Of a stretch of DNA of 64,000 nucleotides, positions 45,826 through 55,919 are shown in pieces (positions within the stretch are counted from its first letter, which is position 1; each line of letters begins with the position of its first letter). A program made the translations under genes and the position numbers. The notes under the pieces were generated by a model. It was given only the letters and a program-made list of their open reading frames with translations, was not told the origin of the DNA and did no database searches. Location of the stretch: contig OZ253470.1 of assembly GCA_965261735.1 (NCBI GenBank), forward strand, positions 3,008,001-3,072,000, written 5' to 3'. This DNA comes from Alphaproteobacteria bacterium. GTDB taxonomy: Bacteria; Pseudomonadota; Alphaproteobacteria; SHVV01.

Positions 45826-47136
45826 GTTCTGGTTTCGGTCATGACCGACCGCGGCGAGACCGACGACATCAAACTGGGCCGGGCGGTCCTGGTCGACATC
45901 ACCCAGCGCAAACGAGCGGAAGAGGCCTTACGCGAAAGCCAGGCGCTGCTCGCGAGCGTCGTCGGCAACGCGCCTATCGTCCTGTGGGCCGTGGATATCG
46001 AAGGCACTTTCACGTTGTCCGAAGGACGAGGCCTCGAGCGCATCGGCCAGAAACCAGGGCAGGTCGTCGGCCGGTCCATCTTCATGATCTATAGCGACTG
46101 CCCCGAGGGCCTCAGGTTCGTGCGCCGGGCGTTCGCCGGTCACGAGTCGGACGGCCAGCTCGAAATGCGTGGCGTCGTGTTCGATGCCCAGTGTCGTCCC
46201 CTGCGTGACGCGGCCGGCAAGGTCGTCGGCGCCACAGGTGTTGGCGTCGACGTAACGGAGCGGCGGCGCGCCGAGGAGGCTCTAAGGGTCGCCAAGGAGC
46301 AGGCCGAACTCGCCAATCGCGCCAAGTCGGATTTCCTCGCCAACGTCAGCCATGAACTGCGCACGCCGCTCAACGCCGTTATCGGCTTCTCCGACATGAT
46401 GGCGGCCGGGTATCCGGGACCACTGAACACCAAGCAGGCGGAATATATCCGCGATATCAAGGGCTCGGGTGCACACCTTCGAGCTGATCAACGACATTCT
46501 CGATCTGTCCAAGATCGAAGCAGGCAAAACGCGGCTCTATGAGGAGCACCTCGACGCGGAGCGCCTCTGCCGCGCCGCGTTTCGCGTCATCAAGCCGCGC
46601 GCGGAAGCCGCGCAGCTCGACCTCGTCATGGAAGTAGCGCCGGGTACGCCGGCGCTGCGCGGCGATGAGCGCATGGTGAAGCAGATCTTGCTCAACCTGC
46701 TGTCGAACGCGGTGAAGTTCACGCCCAGGGGCGGCACCGTGGCGCTCACAGCCAGGGTGGAGGAGGACGGTTGCTTCCATTTAAGCGTGAACGACACCGG
46801 CATCGGCATCGCCGAGCACGAGCGAGCCACGGCCTTCGCTCCCTTCGGGCAGGCCGACAGCCGCTTGAGCCGCCAGTACGCCGGCACCGGCCTCGGTTTG
46901 CCCCTGGTGCGATCGATGGCTGACTTGCATGGCACGGAGGTCATACTCGATAGCCGCCCCGGGGCAGGCACGACGGTGTCCATCCGCTTTCCCGCCGAAC
47001 GGGTCGTTTCGCCGCAGGCGCAGGCCGTCAGCTAGCCCGGTCGAGGTCTCGCCCAAAACCCGATCTTCACTTTCCGACCCTCGCGGACTATGGTCGCGCC
47101 GCCCTCCAACGCCCAAACGAAAAGGTGGCTCGCACA

Positions 47137-47346
47137 ATGGCTGGTGAGAAGGTCGACGCTACTTTCGCCGTCAATCCCGACATGGTGGAATTGCTGGAGA
47201 AAGCCGGGGCTGAGTATGGCATTCCCGACACCTCGAAGGTCCTACGAGTCATCCTCGACTACGTCGCCGCCGATGGGGACTGGGACCAGATATTCGGCAA
47301 GATCCGGTGCAAGCGCTGCATGGGCGGCCCTTTAGGCCGGCTGTAG
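47137..47346 (+). CDS. Small hypothetical protein, ribbon-helix-helix-like with C-terminal CxxC
   Basis: ATFAV..LLEKAGAEYG..SKVLRVILDY pattern; RCKRC. Confidence 0.6.
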   Translation: MAGEKVDATFAVNPDMVELLEKAGAEYGIPDTSKVLRVILDYVAADGDWDQIFGKIRCKRCMGGPLGRL

Positions 47347-47375
47347 GGGACGCCGGCGCGGCCGCCGCCGGGGGC

Positions 47376-48602
47376 TTACACCACGCCCTTGTCGGAGAGC
47401 ACCTTCAGCGCCTCCGCGTCTAACCCCAAGAGATCGCCGTAAACCTCGCCGTTGTGGTGGCCGAGTGGCGGTCCGAGCGAGCTTGCGGCACCCGGCGTTC
47501 GGCTTAGACGTGGCACCACGTTTGGAATCCGAACCGCACCGGCACGCGGGTCCGTGAGCGTGGCGATGTTGCCGCGCGCCGCGTACTGCGGATCGTCGAA
47601 GATCTCGTCGATCCCGTAGACCGGTCCGCAAGGCACCTGTTGTTCGACGCATAGGGCGAGGAGTTCGTCGCGGCTGAAACGGCGCGTCCATGCCTCGACC
47701 ATGGCATCGACCTCGGCCCGAGCCGCTTCGCGCTGGGCAATGGTGCCATATTCGCCATCGCCCGCGACCTCGGTGCGCCCCATCGCCGCCGCTAGGCGCG
47801 CGAATATCTTGTCGCTCGTGCACGCGATCGCCACCCAGCGCTCGTCGCGCGTTGGGTAGTGGCTGTGGGGCACCGCGTTGACGGTCCCCGGTCCGAGGCG
47901 TTGGCGGACGAAGCCGCTCGCGTCATACGCCGGTGCGAGCTCGTCGAGGATGCGAAAGACGGGTTCGTACAGCCCGATGTCGATGACCTGCCCTTCGCCG
48001 GTCAGGTCGCGCGCGCGCAGCGCGAACATGGCACCGAGCGCGCCGTAGATCCCGGCCAGATAATCGGGAATGGTCGCGGATCCCGGGGTCACCGGCGCGC
48101 GGTCGGGATAACCGGCGAGGAAGGAGAGCCCGCCGAAGGCATTGGCGATGCGGCCGAAGCCGGGGCGGTCGCGGTAGGGCCCGGTCTGACCGTAGGCCGA
48201 AATGCGCACCATGATCAGGCGCTCGTTGTGGCGCATGAGCTCCTCATAGGCGAGGCCCCAGCCCTCGAGCGTGCCGGGCTGAAAGTTCTCGACCAGAATG
48301 TCGCACTTCGCGACGAGCCGCTTGAGCAGTTCCGCACCCTCCGGTTTGCGCAGGTCGAGCGTAATCGACTTTTTATTACGGGATTCGCTGAGCCACACGA
48401 GCGTATCGCCGGCGGCCGTCGGCGAGCCGAACCTACGCAACGGATCGCCCGTTCCCGGCAGTTCCACCTTGATGACCTCGGCCCCGAATTCGCCGAGCTG
48501 CGTGCTGCAAAAAGGGCCGGCGAGAAACGTCGCGATATCGAGTACGCGGATGCCCGTCAGCGGTTGGACACTGGGCGCAGCGGGCGAAGCGTCCTCAGCC
48601 AT
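47376..48602 (-). CDS. CaiB/BaiF family III CoA-transferase
   Basis: PLTGIRVLD, GAEVIKVE, RNKKSITLDL, ENFQPG, SAYGQTGP, IPDYLAG. Confidence 0.92.
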   Translation of the reverse strand: MAEDASPAAPSVQPLTGIRVLDIATFLAGPFCSTQLGEFGAEVIKVELPGTGDPLRRFGSPTAAGDTLVWLSESRNKKSITLDLRKPEGAELLKRLVAKCDILVENFQPGTLEGWGLAYEELMRHNERLIMVRISAYGQTGPYRDRPGFGRIANAFGGLSFLAGYPDRAPVTPGSATIPDYLAGIYGALGAMFALRARDLTGEGQVIDIGLYEPVFRILDELAPAYDASGFVRQRLGPGTVNAVPHSHYPTRDERWVAIACTSDKIFARLAAAMGRTEVAGDGEYGTIAQREAARAEVDAMVEAWTRRFSRDELLALCVEQQVPCGPVYGIDEIFDDPQYAARGNIATLTDPRAGAVRIPNVVPRLSRTPGAASSLGPPLGHHNGEVYGDLLGLDAEALKVLSDKGVV

Positions 48603-49498
48603 TATTGTCCTCGCTCGTTCGATCGGGTGAGTACGCCTGCGCGCCGCGCCGCGGCCACGATGCGCTCGGCCATGCGCATGGTGTCGATGGCGATGAAGGC
48701 GCCGTCGACGACGGCGACCCCCTCGCCGCGCGCGCGCGCATCGCGGTAGGCCTCGACGATTGCCGCGGCCCGCGCGGTGTCCTGCGGCGTTGGCGTGAAG
48801 ACCTCGTTCACCGGGCCGATCTGGTTGGGATGGAACACGAGCTTGCCCGAAAATCCCAGGTCGCACGCGATCAGCGCATCTTGTCGCGCCGCCTCGGCGT
48901 CCTTTACGTCGACAAAATAGGCGGCGTCGATGGCCGCGTGGCCGGCCGAGCCAGCGGCCGCCGCGATCAGGGCCCGCGGCACGCCGAGGGTGTCCGGCGT
49001 GATGCGCGCGCCGGTCTCGGCGGCGTAGTCTCCGGAGCCAAAGAACAACGCCTCGGTGCGCTGCGATGCCTGGGCGATGTCGCGGCAGCGGAACAGGCCG
49101 TCAGCAGTCTCAATAGTGAGTATGAGGGCCACCGGCGCGCACCCGGCCATCGCCTCGTAGCCCTTGAGCACGCGCTCCAAGGCGCCGACCTCGCCGGCGC
49201 TTTCGACCTTAGGCACCATCAGCGCGTCCACGAGCGCCAGCGGCAGCGCCCGTATGTCCTCGATCGCGGCGGCGGTGCGCGCGGCATTGATGCGTACCAC
49301 CCGCTCGCGCTCCCCAAAGTCGAGCGATCGTAGCGCATCGGAGGCGGCCTGCCGCGCCGTCGGTTTTTGATCCGCCGGCACGCCATCCTCGAGATCGAAG
49401 ACAACGCTGTCCGCCGCAAGGCCGACCGCCTTCGCCATCCGCGCGGGCTGGTGGCCGGGGGTGATCAGCATGGTGCGGCGGGCGCGGCCCTCAGCCAT
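48602..49498 (-). CDS. CitE / malyl-CoA lyase family CoA ester lyase
   Basis: DLEDGV, VRIN, PKVE, IET, GSGDY, GKLVFHPNQ. Confidence 0.88.
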   Translation of the reverse strand: MAEGRARRTMLITPGHQPARMAKAVGLAADSVVFDLEDGVPADQKPTARQAASDALRSLDFGERERVVRINAARTAAAIEDIRALPLALVDALMVPKVESAGEVGALERVLKGYEAMAGCAPVALILTIETADGLFRCRDIAQASQRTEALFFGSGDYAAETGARITPDTLGVPRALIAAAAGSAGHAAIDAAYFVDVKDAEAARQDALIACDLGFSGKLVFHPNQIGPVNEVFTPTPQDTARAAAIVEAYRDARARGEGVAVVDGAFIAIDTMRMAERIVAAARRAGVLTRSNERGQ

Positions 49499-50384
49499 GT
49501 TCGCGCGCCTCGCGCTCAGCGATACCGTCGGACAGCGCGCCGATGAACTCGGCCTTCGCCGCCATCGTTCCGCCTGTGCCCGCGCCGAGCAGATGCCGAC
49601 AATGGGCGACCTCATCGGCGTCCGGCGCAAAGACGCGGTTGGCGATCTCGACCTGGGCCCGATCGCGGCACACCTTGCCCAGGAAGCCGAGCCCCCGGGC
49701 GAAGTGGCATTCGCGCTCGAAGGCCTCGCCGCCCCCGCCGCCGCCGAGCAGCGGCCCGTCGAGCGCTCCCGCGAGGCCCGCCGCGCGGACCGCAAAGCCC
49801 ACTCGTGCGCGCGCAAATCCGAGGTCGGCGCGCACCCCCTCGCGGCGAACGGCGAGGGGATCAAGATCGATGCCGAGATCGCCGACACCGATCGCGAGAG
49901 ACAGATTGCGCGGCGACCCCCCGGCGATGGACTCGGCCGCGAGAACGCCGCCGCAGGTCTCGATGACGGGGATTATTCGAATGTCGCCGGCGGCCACGCC
50001 CCCGCGACTCTCGGCGGCCGCGATCAACCATTCGAGGGCCACCACATCCTCGGCGTCGCGCGCCTTCGGCAACAGGACGGCGGCGAGGCCCGGTCGTGCG
50101 ACGGCTTCGATGTCTCCCGCGGTGAGCGGCGTTTCGAAGCCGTTGACGCGGACCGCGACAAAGCGCCCCGCGCGCTCCGCCAGTGCGGCGCGTACCCGCT
50201 CGCGGGCCGCGGCCTTATCGGCCTCGGGAACGAAGTCCTCGAGGTCGAGGACAATGACGTCGGCGCCCGTCGCCTCCGCCTCGTGCCACGCCCGCGCATC
50301 ATGGCCGGGTACGAAGAGGACAGAACGCAACGGCACCGCGCTCGGCCGCGCGCGTGCGTCCTCTTGTTCGTCGACGGCTTTCAA
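49491..50384 (-). CDS. Second CitE-family protein with divergent C-terminus
   Basis: RSVLFVPG, DLED, VRVN, LPKA, IET, GVGDL; HP motif absent. Confidence 0.8.
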   Translation of the reverse strand: MKAVDEQEDARARPSAVPLRSVLFVPGHDARAWHEAEATGADVIVLDLEDFVPEADKAAARERVRAALAERAGRFVAVRVNGFETPLTAGDIEAVARPGLAAVLLPKARDAEDVVALEWLIAAAESRGGVAAGDIRIIPVIETCGGVLAAESIAGGSPRNLSLAIGVGDLGIDLDPLAVRREGVRADLGFARARVGFAVRAAGLAGALDGPLLGGGGGGEAFERECHFARGLGFLGKVCRDRAQVEIANRVFAPDADEVAHCRHLLGAGTGGTMAAKAEFIGALSDGIAEREAREHG

Positions 50385-50506
50385 GCCGTCATAGTGCGCG
50401 TAGGTGCAAACCGAGGCAAGGCGGGCGGCGCGTAAGGGGTTATTCTCGCCGGTGCGTTGCGCTAGAGTTGGGTGACACGCGCAGCGAGCGAAGCGGAGGA
50501 CGGGGC

Positions 50507-51865
50507 ATGGCCAAGCACATCCGTTGTGGCAAACTTTTTGACGGTCTCGATGACAAGGTCCGCAAGGATCAGACGGTTGTCGTCGATAACGGGCGGATCA
50601 GTTTTGTCGGCGCTTCCGCCGAGGCACCGGCGCCGGCGGGCGGTGACGAAGTGCTCGACCATTCGCAGAGCTTCGTGATGCCCGGCTTGATCGATGTCCA
50701 CGTCCATCTCAGCTACGGTAACGCCATCGGTAACGAGGACACCGACCTCTACGGGCCGGCGGAGTTTCGTGCGCTGCGCGCGCTGATCGGCGCGCAGAAG
50801 GTGCTGCGCGCGGGCTACACCGCGCTCGCCGATCCCACGTCGTCGGGGCGCTGCACCCTATCGGTGCGCGACGCCATCGAGGCCGGCCTATTCCCCGGAC
50901 CGCGCATCACCACCGCGGGGCGCCAGATTACCTCGCGCCAGGGACTTGCCGACTTCTACCCGACCTGGTTCGGCGTGCCCGAGAGCTCGGTCGGCGTGCT
51001 CGGGCGCAACGCGCGCGAGGCGATCGAGGAGATTCGCCGCGAGGTCAAAGACGGGGTCGATCTCATCAAGCTGGCGATGGACGGCACCGCGGTCCACGGC
51101 CAGACCGGCGAACTCGTGGCGAGCTACAGCCAGGAGGAAGTGACCGCGATCGTCGCCGAGGCGCACCGGCTCGGCAAGAAGGTGGTGACGCATTCGCGCG
51201 GCCGTGAGGCCACGCTCTACTCGGCGCGCGCCGGAGTCGATTTGATTCTGCACGCCTACGGCATGGACGAGGAGTGTCTCGACGCGATCCTCGAGAGCGG
51301 CGCCGCCGTCGGGCCGACCTTATGCCTGATGGTCAACGGCTTCGAATTCCCCCAACCGATGGAGCGTGCCTATGTGGTTCGGGCCGATCAGAGCCGGGCG
51401 TTCTTCGAATCGGCTTGCCGCAATCTGGAGCGTGCACACAAGGCCGGGGTTCCGTTCATGGCCGGGACCGACTCGGGCTTCGCGGTCACGCCCTACGGCG
51501 AGTGGCACGCCAAGGAACTCGAGATCTTCGTCAAGCATCTCGGCTTCTCACCTGCCGAGGCGCTGCATTCGACGACCGCGGTCAACGCGACCCTGCTGCG
51601 CGATTCCGAGGTCGGCGCGCTGGAAGTCGGGCGTCACGCCGACATACTGGCGTTCGACGGCGACCCGCTGGCCGACATCACGCAACTGCAGGACAAGTCT
51701 CGGATCAAGGAGATTTTCCTCGGCGGCGAGACGGTGGACGTACCTGACGTGGAGTGGGATCCATGGAAGGTGGGCCGGTTCTCCTACGCCATGTGGTCCG
51801 ACATCTACACCCAGGATCGGGTTACCAAGCTCGACAACGTGATCCGCAGCATCGCCGCCGAATAG
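50507..51865 (+). CDS. Metal-dependent amidohydrolase family protein
   Basis: PGLIDVHVH, carboxylated-Lys position DLIK, two further His, AGTDSG, G.HAD. Confidence 0.88.
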   Translation: MAKHIRCGKLFDGLDDKVRKDQTVVVDNGRISFVGASAEAPAPAGGDEVLDHSQSFVMPGLIDVHVHLSYGNAIGNEDTDLYGPAEFRALRALIGAQKVLRAGYTALADPTSSGRCTLSVRDAIEAGLFPGPRITTAGRQITSRQGLADFYPTWFGVPESSVGVLGRNAREAIEEIRREVKDGVDLIKLAMDGTAVHGQTGELVASYSQEEVTAIVAEAHRLGKKVVTHSRGREATLYSARAGVDLILHAYGMDEECLDAILESGAAVGPTLCLMVNGFEFPQPMERAYVVRADQSRAFFESACRNLERAHKAGVPFMAGTDSGFAVTPYGEWHAKELEIFVKHLGFSPAEALHSTTAVNATLLRDSEVGALEVGRHADILAFDGDPLADITQLQDKSRIKEIFLGGETVDVPDVEWDPWKVGRFSYAMWSDIYTQDRVTKLDNVIRSIAAE

Positions 51866-51872
51866 CGGCGGC

Positions 51873-52631
51873 TCACAGCAGGACGGTGCCGCCGTCGACG
51901 GCGATGGTTTGGCCGGTGACGAAGCGGCTGTCGTCGCCGGCGAGGTAGAGCACGGTCCCCGTCAGGTCCTCGGTCTCCAGCGTCTTGCCGAGGGCCTGGT
52001 TTGCGCGAATCGTTTCCGCCGCGACCTCCAGCTTATCGCCCCAGAACTCGTTGGTACCCTCGGTCAACACGAGGTTCGGCGCCACCGCGTTGACCCGAAT
52101 GCCGTCGCGGCCGACCTCGCGGGCCAGGCCTCGCGTCAGTCCGATCACCGCGCCCTTCGAGGTCGTGTAGTGAAGCCCATAGGGCATGCCGTAGAGGGCC
52201 GCGACCGAGCTTATGTTGATGATGCTGCCGCCCCCGCCGGCGCGCATGTGCGGCACCACGGCCTTGCAGCAGTTCCAGATGCCCTTGACGTTGACCGCCA
52301 TGCAGGAATCCCATTCGGCTTCGTCGAGCTGATCGAAGCGGCCGCCGTGGAGGGCGCCGTAGAGTGCGGCGTTGTTGATGAGGACATCGATGCGGCCGAA
52401 CGCCTCGACCGTGCGCGCGGCCAACGCCTCGGCGCTATCGCCGCGCGTGACGTCGACCTCGTCCGCCAGCGCGCGGCCGCCACGTTGGTCGACGATGGCG
52501 GCGGTGTCGGCGCAATCGTTGATGTCCGCACAGACGACGGCGGCCCCGGCCGCGGCCAGCTCCACGGCGTAGGCGCGGCCGAGGCCGCGCGCCGCACCGG
52601 TAACGATGGCGACCTTTTCACTCAGGCTCAT
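51873..52631 (-). CDS. SDR family oxidoreductase
   Basis: TGAARGLG, NNAA, YTTSK, VDGG. Confidence 0.92.
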   Translation of the reverse strand: MSLSEKVAIVTGAARGLGRAYAVELAAAGAAVVCADINDCADTAAIVDQRGGRALADEVDVTRGDSAEALAARTVEAFGRIDVLINNAALYGALHGGRFDQLDEAEWDSCMAVNVKGIWNCCKAVVPHMRAGGGGSIINISSVAALYGMPYGLHYTTSKGAVIGLTRGLAREVGRDGIRVNAVAPNLVLTEGTNEFWGDKLEVAAETIRANQALGKTLETEDLTGTVLYLAGDDSRFVTGQTIAVDGGTVLL

Positions 52632-52659
52632 TTCCCTTCCCCCGTCCTTCGTTAGCCGC

Positions 52660-53886
52660 CTATAGGCTCGCAAAGTCGATCGGCCGATGGCGGTCGAGCG
52701 TGCGCCCTCCCGGCGGCAACGGATATTTAAGGCCGGTGCCGCAGTTGAACAGAATTGCGCGCTCGCTCGCGCCGACGCGGCCGTCGGCCAGGGCCTGCTT
52801 GTAAGCGGCGTAGGTGGCCGCGCCTTCGGGGCACAGCAGGAGTCCCTCTGCGTGCCCGACCTCGTCGCGCGCCGCGACGATGTCGTCGTCATCGACGGCC
52901 ACGGCGAAGCCGCCGCTCTCCCTGAGCGCGCGCAGGATGAGGAAGTCGCCGATCGCCGCCGGCACCCGGATGCCCGCCGCCACGGTGGCCGCGTTGGACC
53001 ACGGCTCGGCGTGCTCGGCCCCGGCCTCGAACGCGCGCACGATGGGCGCGCATCCGCTCGCCTGCACCGCCACCATGCGCGGCCGGTGGCCGTCGATCCA
53101 GCCGATCTCCTCGAGCTCCGCGAATGCCTTCCACATGCCGATCAGCCCGGTGCCGCCACCGGTGGGGTAGAAGATCACGTCGGGCAGTCGCCAGCCGAGC
53201 TGCTCGGCGAGCTCCAGCCCCATCGTCTTCTTGCCCTCGATGCGATAGGGCTCCTTGAGGGTCGAGGTATCGAACCAGCCCCTCTCGGCGGCCCCCGCGG
53301 CGACGACGGCGCCGCAGTCGTTGATGAGTCCATTCACGCGAAAGACGCGCGCGCCGAGCAGGGCGATCTCGCCGAGCATCACCTCAGGCGTGTCTTCGGG
53401 GCAAAAGACGTAGCTCTCCATGCCGGCGCGGCTGCAATAGGCGGCGAGCGCGGCGCCCGCGTTGCCATTGCTCGGCATCGCCATGGTACGCACACCCAGC
53501 TCCTTGGCCATCGACACGGCCACCGCAAGGCCGCGGGCCTTGAACGAGCCGGTCGGAAGGCGTCCCTCGTCCTTGAAGAGTATGTCGCCGCCGACCTGAA
53601 GCGCCCGCGCGCAGGAGGGCGCCGCTACCAGGGGAGTCATCGTTTCGCCGAGCGAGATGATGTTGGCGGCGCGGCGGATGGGCAAGAACTCACGGTAGCG
53701 CCACATATCCGGCGCGCGGGTGGTGAGGTCGTCCCGCGTCACGGAACGAGCGAGGCCCGCGAGATCGTAGCGCACGATCAGCGGCCAACCCTCCGGCGAC
53801 AGGTTGTGCAAGGCGTCGCACGCCACCCTTACCGCGGTCTTCGAGCACTCGAGGTGGGTCGCGAAGGTTGGGATTTCAGAGCTCAA
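52660..53886 (-). CDS. thrC: Threonine synthase
   Basis: PTGSFKARG PLP lysine, SNGNAG, PYRIEGKKT, PTGGGTG. Confidence 0.85.
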   Translation of the reverse strand: MSSEIPTFATHLECSKTAVRVACDALHNLSPEGWPLIVRYDLAGLARSVTRDDLTTRAPDMWRYREFLPIRRAANIISLGETMTPLVAAPSCARALQVGGDILFKDEGRLPTGSFKARGLAVAVSMAKELGVRTMAMPSNGNAGAALAAYCSRAGMESYVFCPEDTPEVMLGEIALLGARVFRVNGLINDCGAVVAAGAAERGWFDTSTLKEPYRIEGKKTMGLELAEQLGWRLPDVIFYPTGGGTGLIGMWKAFAELEEIGWIDGHRPRMVAVQASGCAPIVRAFEAGAEHAEPWSNAATVAAGIRVPAAIGDFLILRALRESGGFAVAVDDDDIVAARDEVGHAEGLLLCPEGAATYAAYKQALADGRVGASERAILFNCGTGLKYPLPPGGRTLDRHRPIDFASL

Positions 53887-53904
53887 TCTCGGGGCCGGCG
53901 AGGG

Positions 53905-54675
53905 CTAGGGCGCGAATTGCTCGTTGAGGATGCGCTCCTCGAGATTGTGCTCGGGGTCGAAGAGTAGGCATAGATCATGAGTGCGATCCTCCCGTACCTC
54001 GATACGGGTAACGCCGCGCACCTCGGTATGGTCGGCGACGGCGCTGACCGGCCTCTTCTTGGGCTCCAGGATGTCGAACCGGACCTGGGCGCCGCTCGGC
54101 AGCAGCGCGCCGCGCCAGTGCCGCGGGCGGAACTCGCTGATCGGAGTCAGCGCCAGCAGCTCGACGCCGAGCGGAATGATCGGGCCGTGAACCGACAGGT
54201 TGTAGGCCGTGCTCCCGGCCGCCGTCGAGACCAGCACGCCGTCGCAGATCAGCTCGGGCAGGCGGACGATGCCATCGACCGAAACACGAATCTTGGCCGC
54301 CTGCCGGGCCTCGCGCAGCAGCGATACCTCGTTGATGGCGAGCGCCTCGCGGCGTCGCCCCGATGCCTGTACCGCGCGCATGTGAAGGGGGTGCAGCCGC
54401 ACGCGCTCGGCCGCTTCGAGCCGCTTCAACAGGTCCTCCTCGCCGTACACGTTCATGAGGAAGCCCACGGTGCCGACCTTCATGCCGAAGATAGCGACGT
54501 CTCGGTTCATGAAGCGGTGCAGGGTGTGCAGCATGAAGCCGTCGCCGCCGAGTGCGACGATGGTGTCGGCGGCCGCGGGCGGGGTGCTCGGATAGCGTGC
54601 CTTGAGGCGGCGCAGCGCCGCCCTGGACGCCGCTGAATCGCGATCTGCGACGAACGCCGCCCTCAACCCAGCCAT
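53905..54675 (-). CDS. nadK: NAD kinase
   Basis: [26 protein letters not shown]. Confidence 0.92.
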   Translation of the reverse strand: MAGLRAAFVADRDSAASRAALRRLKARYPSTPPAAADTIVALGGDGFMLHTLHRFMNRDVAIFGMKVGTVGFLMNVYGEEDLLKRLEAAERVRLHPLHMRAVQASGRRREALAINEVSLLREARQAAKIRVSVDGIVRLPELICDGVLVSTAAGSTAYNLSVHGPIIPLGVELLALTPISEFRPRHWRGALLPSGAQVRFDILEPKKRPVSAVADHTEVRGVTRIEVREDRTHDLCLLFDPEHNLEERILNEQFAP

Positions 54676-54798
54676 ACCGAATAGCCCAACCGCCCCCCGC
54701 CGTGCGGCCCGAGTATAGCGTCGCGCGCCGCCCCGGCAACCGCGCAACGTCCCCGCATGCTTGTGGCCGCGATGGCTGGTGCGGCCTGTGGGCAGGCC

Positions 54799-55788
54799 TT
54801 AGCCGCCGGTCAGGCTCATGTGCCGCGCGAGCGCGGGCTCGTGGTGGCGCCGGTCGATGATGAAGTCGTGGCCCTTGGGCTTGTGCGAAATCGCCGTATC
54901 GATCGCGGCATGCAGTAGCTCGTCGCTGCGGCTGGCCCGCAGCGCCGCACGCAGATCGGCCGAATCGTTTTGCCCCAGGCACATGTAAAGCGTGCCGGTG
55001 CAGGTCAGGCGCACGCGGTTGCACGATTCGCAGAAATTGTGGGTGAGCGGGGTGATGAAACCGAGGCGCCGACCGGTTTCCTCGATCCGGGCGTAGCGCG
55101 CCGGCCCGCCGCTACGATAGTCGATGTCGGTGAGCGTCCAGCGTTCGCCGATGCGCGCGCGCGCCAGCGATAGCGGGAGAAACTGGTCGACCCGCCGCAC
55201 GTCGACATCGCCGAGGGGCATGACCTCGATCAGGGTCAGGTCGAAGCCGCGCTCGCCGCACCAGGCGATGAGGGTATCGAATTCGTCCTCGTTGACGCCC
55301 TTGAGGGCGACGGTGTTGATCTTGACCTCGAGCCCGGCGGCGGTCGCGGCGTCGATGCCCTCGAGCACGCGGTCGAGTTGGCCCCAGCGAGTCACGGCGG
55401 CGAAACGGCGCGCGTCCAGGGTATCGAGGGAGACGTTGACCCGGCGCACGCCGCAGTCGGCGAGGTCGGATGCATACTTGGCGAGCCGGCTACCGTTGGT
55501 GGTCAGCGTGAGCTCGTCGAGGCCGCCGCGGTCGAGGTGGCGCGACAGGCTGCGGAACAAGGCCATGATGTCGCGTCTCACCAGCGGTTCGCCGCCGGTC
55601 AGGCGTAACTTGCGCACGCCCTTGTCGATAAAGGCGCTGCACAGGCGATCGAGCTCTTCGAGGCTGAGCAGCTCGGCCTTGGGCAGGAAGGTCATCTCCT
55701 CGGCCATGCAATACTGGCAGCGGAAGTCGCAGCGGTCTGTCACCGAGACCCGCAGGTAGGTGATGGGGCGCCCGTAGGGGTCGATCAT
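54799..55788 (-). CDS. moaA: GTP 3',8-cyclase MoaA
   Basis: CDFRCQYC radical SAM motif, [11 protein letters not shown]-terminal GG. Confidence 0.96.
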   Translation of the reverse strand: MIDPYGRPITYLRVSVTDRCDFRCQYCMAEEMTFLPKAELLSLEELDRLCSAFIDKGVRKLRLTGGEPLVRRDIMALFRSLSRHLDRGGLDELTLTTNGSRLAKYASDLADCGVRRVNVSLDTLDARRFAAVTRWGQLDRVLEGIDAATAAGLEVKINTVALKGVNEDEFDTLIAWCGERGFDLTLIEVMPLGDVDVRRVDQFLPLSLARARIGERWTLTDIDYRSGGPARYARIEETGRRLGFITPLTHNFCESCNRVRLTCTGTLYMCLGQNDSADLRAALRASRSDELLHAAIDTAISHKPKGHDFIIDRRHHEPALARHMSLTGG

Positions 55789-55831
55789 TGAAGGGCCTGG
55801 ATCTCCCGCGTCGGCGCAGGGCCGAGTAAAG

Positions 55832-55855
55832 TGTTATATTTAGAGGGATATAACA
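55832..55855. promoter_or_regulatory. ModE-type (Mo-box) operator between divergent moaA and fdhD
   Basis: Perfect palindrome TGTTATAT-N8-ATATAACA. Confidence 0.75.
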
Positions 55856-55919
55856 AAAGTCAAACACGAATTCGACGCCGGGCTTGGCGGAGGCGCCGAC
55901 GGGGCGCATAGTTCGAGCC

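Larger units (their letters stand above)
42836..47035 (+). pseudogene. Membrane-anchored multi-PAS (about 6) PleC/DivJ-like histidine kinase, multiply disrupted
   Basis: 14-bp duplication 42974-43001, TAA 43204-43206, frameshifts near 44560 and 46478, IS1595 at 44960-45825; [14 protein letters not shown] and HATPase boxes. Confidence 0.88.
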
